From positions 2,464,001 to 2,528,000 of the forward strand of contig CAXXLQ010000004.1 in NCBI GenBank assembly GCA_963668695.2: a stretch of DNA of 64,000 nt. The letters are read 5' to 3'. This document shows positions 56,691 to 64,000 of the stretch, piece by piece. The stretch is from Vicinamibacteria bacterium (GTDB taxonomy: Bacteria; Acidobacteriota; Vicinamibacteria; Marinacidobacterales; Marinacidobacteraceae). The translations under genes were made by a program, and so were the position numbers. Each line of letters begins with the position of its first letter. The first letter of the stretch is position 1. Below the pieces are notes generated by a model. It was given only the letters and a program-made list of their open reading frames with translations. It did not search any database and was not told where the DNA came from.

Positions 56691-56932
56691 GCACCCTCGC
56701 CTGTCGCGTGCACGATGCGATCCAGATCCCGATCCTCGCGGGTTTCTTCAAGCCCCACCGAGATCGGCACTCTCCCGCGTAGGTCCCGGAGTTTCTTTTG
56801 GGCATCAAGCGCTGTGATCTGCCGCAGACCCTGGCCGACCGTCGCTGTGATTCCCTCTCCGGTGATTGCGCACGCCTGCTGCAGCAGGGCCGTCGGGATG
56901 CGCACTGTGATTCTTTGGGTCGGTTTGTTCAT
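56672..56932 (-). CDS. Orphan RHH/VapB-like antitoxin
   Basis: RITVRIPTALLQQA...GITATV..GL...LRDLRGRV...REDR; the ORF runs into the repeat. Confidence 0.6.
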   Translation of the reverse strand: MNKPTQRITVRIPTALLQQACAITGEGITATVGQGLRQITALDAQKKLRDLRGRVPISVGLEETREDRDLDRIVHATGEGAELELA

Positions 56933-57116
56933 GGCTTCTGGCTCGGCAAGAGTGGGGCAGGATGCCATACCGTGTTGTGGCGCATGACGCGGAACCGCCG
57001 CGCGCGCGACCGCCCGCCACCTCGGTCAAGGTGTGGCGGCAAAGCTCGCCCAGTTCTTTCCTGCCGGTCCGCCGATTGCTCGCGACGGTAGCGTATATAC
57101 TCTTGTATGCCGAACG

Positions 57117-57437
57117 GTGCAGTTCTCATGGGATCCCGCCAAGAGTGACGCAACTCTGCACCAGCGTGGCTTTGACTTCGAGTTCGCGTGCCAGATCTTC
57201 GGAGGCGACATTGTGGAAACCGCGGATAGTCGCCGGGACTACAGAGAAAAACGCATGGTCGCGATAGGACTTGCTGACGGAATCCAATTGACCGTCGTGT
57301 ACACGGACCGCATCCTCGAAACAGGAGTCACCCGTCGCATCATCTCTGCCAGAAGGAGCAACACGAATGAGCGCCAGCTTTATCGAAGACAGGCCGAACC
57401 CGGCAAAGACCCCAACTCGCGGTCGCGCCGACCTTGA
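57117..57437 (+). CDS. brnT: BrnT-family toxin
   Basis: FSWDPAKS, DYREKRMVAIG, VVYTDR, RIISARR. Confidence 0.85.
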   Translation: MQFSWDPAKSDATLHQRGFDFEFACQIFGGDIVETADSRRDYREKRMVAIGLADGIQLTVVYTDRILETGVTRRIISARRSNTNERQLYRRQAEPGKDPNSRSRRP

Positions 57438-57669
57438 TCGCCTCCGCCGGATGTCGGATGAGGAAATCGAGCGGACCTCTCCCCCGGAGCTGCAGGACCT
57501 CCCGGCGGACTTCTGGAAGGAGGCGGTCGTGGTACCTCCACCCAAGCGAGCAATCTCGTTGCGTGTGGATCACGATGTGCTTGAGTGGTTTCGTGCACGG
57601 GGGCCGCGCTATCAGACGCACATGAACGCTGTCCTGCGGGCCTATGTGTCCCGGATGGAGGAACGCTGA
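57367..57669 (+). CDS. brnA: BrnA-family antitoxin
   Basis: ISLRVDHDVLEWFRARGPRYQTHMNAVLRAY. Confidence 0.88.
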   Translation: MSASFIEDRPNPAKTPTRGRADLDRLRRMSDEEIERTSPPELQDLPADFWKEAVVVPPPKRAISLRVDHDVLEWFRARGPRYQTHMNAVLRAYVSRMEER

Positions 57670-57795
57670 AGCTTTCCGGACAGCACGGTCTCGCCAGCGA
57701 CGCGAGACAGGCTTCGGCCGAGTTTTCCCCATTGGCGAACCGGGCGGGAAGAAAACGGTGCGGTTTTCGTCTGTACACAGGTGGAGGGTTGCGCC

Positions 57796-58260
57796 ATGAA
57801 CCGACCGAATCACAACCCGAACGCCCGGGCCGCAGCCACCGCCGTTGCCGGGCCCGCCGGCACTCCCTACACTGAGGCAAGTGATGGAAAGGTGCGTGAG
57901 ATGACCGGGGCGGAGCGAGAGCGGTCCCCGGAAACCCTCACCCGGGCCGAGAAGATCCTGGTCACCATCCTGGCGGCGGTGCTCGGAAGCGCCGCGGCCG
58001 GCTTTTTCGCCATGAACGCGACCATGAACGCGAACTTCACGGTGGTGAACGGGCATCTTCTCGACCTCCAGAAACAGATCGGGGATCTGCGGACGGAAGT
58101 GCACGAAGAGATGGGAGGTCTCCGGACGGATGTGCGGGAGGAGATCGGGAACCTGGACACCCGTATCGCTCGGCTTGAAACGCTCTTCGAGACGCACCTC
58201 GTCGGTGTGGCGCGATCGGGTTCTCCAGATGGGAAGCCCGAACCGCCGCCCGAGTCCTGA
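57796..58260 (+). CDS. TM plus coiled-coil protein
   Basis: RBS GGAGGG; one TM then IGDLRTEVHEEMGGLRTDVREEIGNLDTRIARLE (11-residue periodicity). Confidence 0.65.
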   Translation: MNRPNHNPNARAAATAVAGPAGTPYTEASDGKVREMTGAERERSPETLTRAEKILVTILAAVLGSAAAGFFAMNATMNANFTVVNGHLLDLQKQIGDLRTEVHEEMGGLRTDVREEIGNLDTRIARLETLFETHLVGVARSGSPDGKPEPPPES

Positions 58261-58288
58261 TCGTCAGGTCGAGGGCAAGTCCAGCCCC

Positions 58289-58579
58289 ATGAAGCTGACG
58301 ATCGAAGTGGAGCCCGATGTCCTCAAGCGGGCTAGCCTGCGTGCGGTCGAGGAAAGCACCTCGGTGAGCGCCGTGCTGCGCGAGCACCTGGCGGCGTACG
58401 CCGACGGGCATCGATTTCTCAGACGGGCGGCGGACGAGACGCCCCGCGGTCGCCGCGAGGCCATGGCGAGCCTGATCCGCCTCTCGCAGATTCCGCGTCC
58501 GGTGGTGACTCCGCTCCGCACGACCCCTGACCCGCGTGGCGACCGAAACTGGATGCGCGACGACCTGTATGACCGGTGA
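58289..58579 (+). CDS. Antitoxin-like RHH protein
   Basis: KLTIEVEPDVLKRA...TSVSAVLRE...WMRDDLYDR. Confidence 0.65.
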   Translation: MKLTIEVEPDVLKRASLRAVEESTSVSAVLREHLAAYADGHRFLRRAADETPRGRREAMASLIRLSQIPRPVVTPLRTTPDPRGDRNWMRDDLYDR

Positions 58580-58612
58580 CCGGGGTGTGTGGACACCACG
58601 GTCGTTACGGAC
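58569..58612 (+). pseudogene. 5' stub of a PIN toxin
   Basis: Overlapping ATG (MTGDR), then out-of-frame VDTTVV; similarity stops there. Confidence 0.35.
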
Positions 58613-58844
58613 TGTGCCGTGAGTGGTTCCGGGGACCGGCAAACCCCGCTCGCGGGCCGATCCTGTGAACCCGTTGCGAATGCTGGAACGCACCGTGGGT
58701 GCGGGGAGTTGGCGCTTGGGGATCTCGGATCCCGGCCAGCTCCGTCCCGGAGCCAACCACGGCCGGCCGGGTCTTCCTGGCCGGGCCACTCAGTATCCGG
58801 GGGACACCCCCGGATGCCGCGCCAGCGCTTCTTATGGAACCGAG

Positions 58845-59596
58845 CTACAGGTATTTCAGCAGCACGAATTGCGCGCGCCGTCTGGTGTCATCGGTCAGGT
58901 CAAGTGTCAGCAGGCCGACGATAATCTTGAGGCTCTCGATGGAGAGTGGTTGGTCGCGGGTAATGAGCGCTTCGGCCAGCCGACTACCGTCTCGATACAG
59001 CGTGACCGTCACGCCAGCGGGATCGAAGCTCCATCCTGCGACAGACATGGTCAGGTTGTCGAAAACGCTCTGGACCGCGCTCGTCCCGTGAACATGGATT
59101 GACTGGCCGATAGCGTTGACTTCCTCGCTCTACGCGATGGAATGTGGCTTGTTGAGCCCTGAAAAATTGCGTTCCGCAGATCGCCCTGCAAATTGTTGAC
59201 GAGGACGTATCCCTGCAGATGAGGACCGCTCTGCACGAGGATGCGGCTCGGGTCTGCTGGATCGAGACTCGCGGAGAGCTGACGGTCCGCGACAGGAACG
59301 CTCTCCATAGTGACTTCCCTCTCAACCGTGTCGCCACGGATCAACTGAGCCGAGACGACAGGAATCTGTGCCCCGCCATCGTGCACCGCCGCCCAGCTGG
59401 GCGACGGAGGTGGAAGGAGCTTTACATCGTATGGATTCGAGGCGTTCCGCACTTCCAGGATCATCAGCAGGATCCCGCCGGCTCCGGCAGCAACGAGAAA
59501 TGTCAAGGCCAGCCGTGGCGACTTTTCCCAAAATCGCCATGCAAGCAGTGCCAGAAAACCGGCGAAACCAAACTGAGCGATGTCAGCAATTTCCAT
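58845..59596 (-). CDS. Hypothetical membrane-anchored protein, frameshift near 59050, lower GC
   Basis: RBS AAGGA; two N-terminal TM segments; continues in ORF 58845..59048. Confidence 0.45.
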
Positions 59597-59908
59597 CGTC
59601 GAAACCACCGTCCTTAGGATTGGAGAGGGGTGCGCCCACCTGAAAGCGGAGGGCATCAGGCGGAAGCATAGGAACTCTCGCGGAGGCGAGGCCGGTGCGG
59701 AGATCCCGACGGGAGGGAACTTCGGCGTTCGCGTTGTGCTGCACACTCCGCCCGGCATTTTGAGCAGCTAGAGCAGCTTCTTCCGAATGGTCTGCGGTAC
59801 GGGAGTTCGCAGCCCCCTCGGCCCGCGATGCGGGTCTGGAGACCGGCGGTCCCCGAGCTGCCGGACGGTGACGCCGATCGGCGGTCGCGCGATACCCTTT
59901 CGCGCGCT

Positions 59909-61171
59909 ATGAGCTCCCCCAGAAATGCCGCCGCTCCGGCGTCGGGTATCTGGTTTCTGGGAGGGGCCCGGACCCCCATGACCCCCTTTCTCGGGGATCT
60001 GGCGGGGCTCAGTGCGGTGGAGCTCGGAGCGGAGGCGGCCCGGGGGGCGCTAGCCCGCTCCGGCGTGGCGCCCGAGCAGGTGGACCACGTGGTCGTCGGC
60101 AACGCCCAGCAGACCACGAGCGACGCGATCTACGGAGCGCGCCACGTCGGTCTCCGGGCGGGAGTTCCGGATGCGGTGCCGGCGCTGACGGTGAACCGGC
60201 TCTGCGGCTCCGGGATCCAGGCGGTGATCTCGGCGGCGCACCAGATGCTCGCCGGCGAAGCGGAGATCGTGCTCGCCGGCGGGATGGAATCCATGAGCCA
60301 GGCGCCCTTTGTGGTGCGGGGAGCGCGTTTGGGCCTCCGGCTCGGCCACGGGAAGCTCGAAGACACCCTGGTGGCGGCGCTTACCGACGGCCAATGCGGG
60401 CTTTCCATGTCCGACACCGCCGAAAACGTGGCGGAGCGCACCGGGGTCACCCGGGAGGACTCGGACGCGTACGCGTTCCGGAGCCAGCAGACGGCGGACC
60501 GGGCCTACCGCGCCGGTTCGCACGCCGAGGAGATCGTCCCGGTCACCGTGAAGAGCAGGAAGGGCGAGAACGTCGTTTCGGAAGACGGCCACCGGCGGCC
60601 CGGGACCACGCTGGAAGATCTCGCCCGGCTCCGACCCGCGTTTCGCAGGGACGGCCTCGTCACCGCCGGGAATGCGAGCGGCATCGTGGACGGCGCCGCG
60701 GCTCTGGTGGTGGCTGGGGAGGACACCGAGGCGGTCCGTTTCGGATCTCCGCTCGGGCGGATCGTTTCCTGGGCGACCGCGGGCGTGCCGCCCGAGATCA
60801 TGGGGCTTGGGCCGGTTCCGGCCAGCCGGGCGGCGCTCGAGGCAGCGGGCCTCCGGCTGGAAGACATGGACCGGATCGAGGTGAACGAGGCTTTCGCCCC
60901 GCAGTACCTCGCGGTGGAACGGGAACTCGGACTGGATCGCGAGCGGGTGAACGTGAACGGCGGGGCGATCGCGCTGGGGCATCCCCTCGGTGCGACCGGG
61001 ACCCGCCTGCTGCTCACCCTGCTTCTCGAACTGCGTCGCTCCGGGGGCCGCTACGGCCTCGCCACCGCCTGCATCGGAGGCGGCCAGGGCATCGCCATGA
61101 TCGTCGAGGCGGCGGGGAACGGCGCCGGCAACGGCGCTGGCAACGGCACCGGCAACGGAAGGGCGGCGTGA
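59909..61171 (+). CDS. Acetyl-CoA C-acyltransferase (thiolase)
   Basis: NRLCGSG, NEAFA, GHPLGATG, CIGGGQG. Confidence 0.95.
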   Translation: MSSPRNAAAPASGIWFLGGARTPMTPFLGDLAGLSAVELGAEAARGALARSGVAPEQVDHVVVGNAQQTTSDAIYGARHVGLRAGVPDAVPALTVNRLCGSGIQAVISAAHQMLAGEAEIVLAGGMESMSQAPFVVRGARLGLRLGHGKLEDTLVAALTDGQCGLSMSDTAENVAERTGVTREDSDAYAFRSQQTADRAYRAGSHAEEIVPVTVKSRKGENVVSEDGHRRPGTTLEDLARLRPAFRRDGLVTAGNASGIVDGAAALVVAGEDTEAVRFGSPLGRIVSWATAGVPPEIMGLGPVPASRAALEAAGLRLEDMDRIEVNEAFAPQYLAVERELGLDRERVNVNGGAIALGHPLGATGTRLLLTLLLELRRSGGRYGLATACIGGGQGIAMIVEAAGNGAGNGAGNGTGNGRAA

Positions 61172-61959
61172 CCGCTCATCCCAACCTCGCGGTCGAGCGC
61201 CGGGAGACCGCCAAGGGGCGGTGCTTCGCGCTCATCACGGTGAACCGGCCCAAGGCCCTCAACGCCCTGAACCGGGAGACGCTCGAGGCCCTCGCGGACG
61301 CCTTCGAGCACGCGGGGAATGACGCCGACGCACTCGGGATCGTGCTCACCGGCGCGGGCGACCGGGCCTTCGTCGCCGGGGCGGACATCTCCGAGCTCCG
61401 GGATCTGACAACGGAGTCGGCGTTCCAGGTCGCCCGGCGGGGCCAGGAAGTCATGCGCACCATCGAGGGGACGCGGAAGCCGGTCATCGCCGCGATCGGC
61501 GGTTTCGCGCTCGGCGGCGGGCTGGAACTCGCGCTCGCCTGTCACCTGCGGGTTGCCGGGCCGAAGGCGAAGCTCGGGCTCCCCGAAGTGAAGCTCGGCG
61601 TCATCCCGGGATACGGCGGCACCCAGCGGCTCCCGCGCCTCATCGGACGGGGCCGGGCCCTCCGGATGATCCTCACCGGCGATCCGGTGGGGAGCGAGGA
61701 GGCGCTGGCGGCGGGCCTGGTGGATGCGGTCCACGAGGACGCCGTGGAAGGAGCGGCGGCGCTTCTCGACCGGGTGCTGGCGAACGGACCGCTGGCGGTG
61801 CGCAACGCGCTCCTCGCGGTGGACGCGGGGCTTTCGGGTCTCGAGGACGGCCTGCTGGCCGAGGCGTCGCTTTTTTCGTCGCTCGCCGGCACCGACGACA
61901 TGCGGGAGGGGCTGGGCGCGTTCCTGGAGAAGCGCCCGCCGCATTTCCGTGGCGCCTGA
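61168..61959 (+). CDS. Enoyl-CoA hydratase (crotonase)
   Basis: AFVAGADI, GGGLELA, PEVKLG..PGYGGTQRL. Confidence 0.93.
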   Translation: MTAHPNLAVERRETAKGRCFALITVNRPKALNALNRETLEALADAFEHAGNDADALGIVLTGAGDRAFVAGADISELRDLTTESAFQVARRGQEVMRTIEGTRKPVIAAIGGFALGGGLELALACHLRVAGPKAKLGLPEVKLGVIPGYGGTQRLPRLIGRGRALRMILTGDPVGSEEALAAGLVDAVHEDAVEGAAALLDRVLANGPLAVRNALLAVDAGLSGLEDGLLAEASLFSSLAGTDDMREGLGAFLEKRPPHFRGA

Positions 61960-62479
61960 GTCCGGGCCCGGCGGGGAGGGCGCGCCCGACCGCGGCGGCC
62001 CGCTCGCCGGGTTCCACGTCGGCATCGTGGTTTCGGAGCGGGACGAACCCTCGCTTCGCCTGGCCGCGGCCGCCGGGCGCTGGCTCCGGGCCGAGGGGGC
62101 CGATGTCTCCCGCTACCCGGCGCCCGCCGCCTTCGAGGTAGCCCAGTTGGCCGGCTGGCTGGCCGAATCCGGCCGGGTGGACGGGATCGTGGCCTGCGCC
62201 TCGATCGTGCGCGGGGAGACTTCCCACGACCGCCATCTCGCCGAAGCGGTGACCGGCGGGCTCCTCGAAATCGGGATCCGGACCCGGATTCCCGTGGGCA
62301 ACGCGGTCCTTACGGTGGACACGAGCGCGCAGGCCGACGCGCGTTCCGGGGGAGCCAAGGGAAACCGGGGCGAAGACGCGGCACGCGCGGTCGCCGGGCT
62401 GCTGCGCGCCCGGAAGCGTCTTGGAGAGCGCCCCGGCCTCGACCTCGGGCCGGTCTCCGGCTTCCGCGGGGAAGGCTAG
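61949..62479 (+). CDS. ribH: 6,7-dimethyl-8-ribityllumazine synthase
   Basis: PAAFEV, IVRGETSH, GNRGEDAA; directly upstream of nusB. Confidence 0.85.
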   Translation: MAPESGPGGEGAPDRGGPLAGFHVGIVVSERDEPSLRLAAAAGRWLRAEGADVSRYPAPAAFEVAQLAGWLAESGRVDGIVACASIVRGETSHDRHLAEAVTGGLLEIGIRTRIPVGNAVLTVDTSAQADARSGGAKGNRGEDAARAVAGLLRARKRLGERPGLDLGPVSGFRGEG

Positions 62480-62695
62480 CAACCGGTGGACGAAGTCACG
62501 CGGCCCAGTTCTCCCGGTGGGGGCTCGAGCGCCGATTCATCCCGGCTGAACCGCGCGGCTGCGCCTCGCTCGTCGTTGCGCTTCGGTCGAAATACACCCG
62601 GTATTCCTCCCTCGCGCGCCTTGTCAGCCGGGCGCCTCGCCCCCACCGGGAGACTGGTCGCTCTCGGCGCTCGCGCCACTTCGCCCACCGGCTGC
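62479..62695. mobile_element. MITE with two 20-mers
   Basis: TA|GCAACCGGTGG...CCACCGGCTGC; forms the ribH TAG and ends 3 nt before the nusB ATG. Confidence 0.82.
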
Positions 62696-62698
62696 TGA

Positions 62699-63238
62699 AT
62701 GGATCCCCGGACCGCGCGCCAGCGCCGGCGCGGGCGCGAGCTCGCCGTGCAGATGCTGTCTTCCTGGGACGCCAACCCGGAGCCGCACCCGGCCACCGTG
62801 GTCGGAGTGAGTGATCTCACCCGGGCGAGCGCAACGCATCTGGAATTCGCGGAAGCGCTGGCGAACGCTGCCTGGGAGCGCCTCGAGCAAATCGACCGCT
62901 GCCTCGACGAGACCACGAAGCCCTTTTGGAAGGAGAACATGGGGCGGGTCGAGCGCAGCGTTCTGCGGGTGGCGGTCGCCGAGCTGCTCAGTGAGAAGAC
63001 GCCTCCCCGCGTCGTATTGAGCGAAGCGATCGAGGTGGCCCGCCGCTACGCCGGAGAGGACTCCACCTCCTTTATCCACGCGGTCCTGGACGGTGTCGTC
63101 AAGCGGCTCGGGCTGATCGCGACTGATGAGGGTGCCGCGCCGGGCGGCGAAGGCTCCCGGAAGGCGAAGACTCTCCGGAGAGACCACGGAAGGCGAAGAC
63201 ACGGAAGGCGGAGACTCCACGGAAGGCAGGGTTCGTGA
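62699..63238 (+). CDS. nusB: Transcription antitermination factor NusB
   Basis: [34 protein letters not shown]; repeat-derived tail. Confidence 0.88.
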   Translation: MDPRTARQRRRGRELAVQMLSSWDANPEPHPATVVGVSDLTRASATHLEFAEALANAAWERLEQIDRCLDETTKPFWKENMGRVERSVLRVAVAELLSEKTPPRVVLSEAIEVARRYAGEDSTSFIHAVLDGVVKRLGLIATDEGAAPGGEGSRKAKTLRRDHGRRRHGRRRLHGRQGS

Positions 63239-64000
63239 GCCAGATCCCCGAAGGTCGCGAGCAGGCCATGAACCGGGACGAGCGGGAGCGGCGGCGGAAA
63301 CTGGCCGAGATCGAAAACCTCGGAGTGCCCGCCTGGCCGAACCGCTTCGCCGCCTCCCACACCCTGGATCAGGCCTCGGAGACCTACGCGGATCTGGACG
63401 CGGCCGGACTCGAAGCCGTTTCCGAGGCGGATCGGACGGTGCGGGTCGCCGGCCGGATTGTCGCGATCCGGTCGTTCGGAAAGGCGGCTTTCCTGCGCCT
63501 TTCCGAAGGACCCGGAACGCTCCAGGTACATATTCGGCGCGACGTGCTTCCCGAGCGCGACTTCGCGGTCTCGAAGGCGTTGGACCTCGGGGATTGGGTG
63601 GGAGTCGCCGGCCCCATGTTCCGGACCCGAACCGGGGAACTGACCGTTCGCGCCGACTCCCTCGCCTTCCTGGCGAAGGCCCTCCTGCCGCTCCCCGAGA
63701 AGTGGCACGGCCTTGCCGACCGGGACACCCGCTACCGGCAGCGCTACCTGGACCTGCTCGGGAATCCGCGGACCCGCGAGGTGTTCCGCCGCCGGGCCGC
63801 AATGGTTTCGTCGATGCGCCGTTTCATGGACGGCGAGGGTTTTCTGGAAGTCGAGACGCCGATGCTCCAGCCGCTCGCCACCGGGGCGGCGGCACGGCCG
63901 TTCCAGACCCGGCATCGAGCGCTCGGGATCGACCTCTACCTCCGGGTGGCGCCCGAGCTCTACCTGAAGCGGCTGGTGGTCGGGGGGTTCCCGCGGGTTT
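63235..64000 (+). CDS. lysS: Lysine--tRNA ligase (class II), 3' end outside the window
   Basis: Manual translation: VAGRI...[41 protein letters not shown]. Confidence 0.95.
   Translation, partial: MSQIPEGREQAMNRDERERRRKLAEIENLGVPAWPNRFAASHTLDQASETYADLDAAGLEAVSEADRTVRVAGRIVAIRSFGKAAFLRLSEGPGTLQVHIRRDVLPERDFAVSKALDLGDWVGVAGPMFRTRTGELTVRADSLAFLAKALLPLPEKWHGLADRDTRYRQRYLDLLGNPRTREVFRRRAAMVSSMRRFMDGEGFLEVETPMLQPLATGAAARPFQTRHRALGIDLYLRVAPELYLKRLVVGGFPRV

Overview
High-GC bacterial chromosome segment. The gene content (DUF6677-like/nupC/PNP block, fused E1, TPR and repeat lipoproteins, many TA modules) suggests an Acidobacteria-like, possibly host-associated organism; that assignment is inference. 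Housekeeping and metabolic genes include addAB-like, uvrB, ispH, hpt, PNP, nupC, ribH, nusB, lysS, thiolase, crotonase, acyl-CoA dehydrogenase, a fused 2-oxoacid dehydrogenase E1, an RND efflux trio, an amino acid ABC transporter, a squalene synthase-like gene and an aromatic amino acid decarboxylase. Most single-base frameshifts look like long-read errors. The most unusual signal is non-coding: a fixed ~20-nt motif (GCCCCCACCGGGAGAACTGG) occurs about 28 times. It is always intergenic, sits at several distinct positions inside two unrelated hairpin repeat families (a TA-targeting MITE and a REP-like repeat), and both filled and empty sites are present. Second, a two-gene module (zinc metalloprotease plus Cys-rich lipoprotein) occurs twice: one copy carries 7 Ig-like repeats and a 33-Gly tract, and the other has lost the protease catalytic domain.
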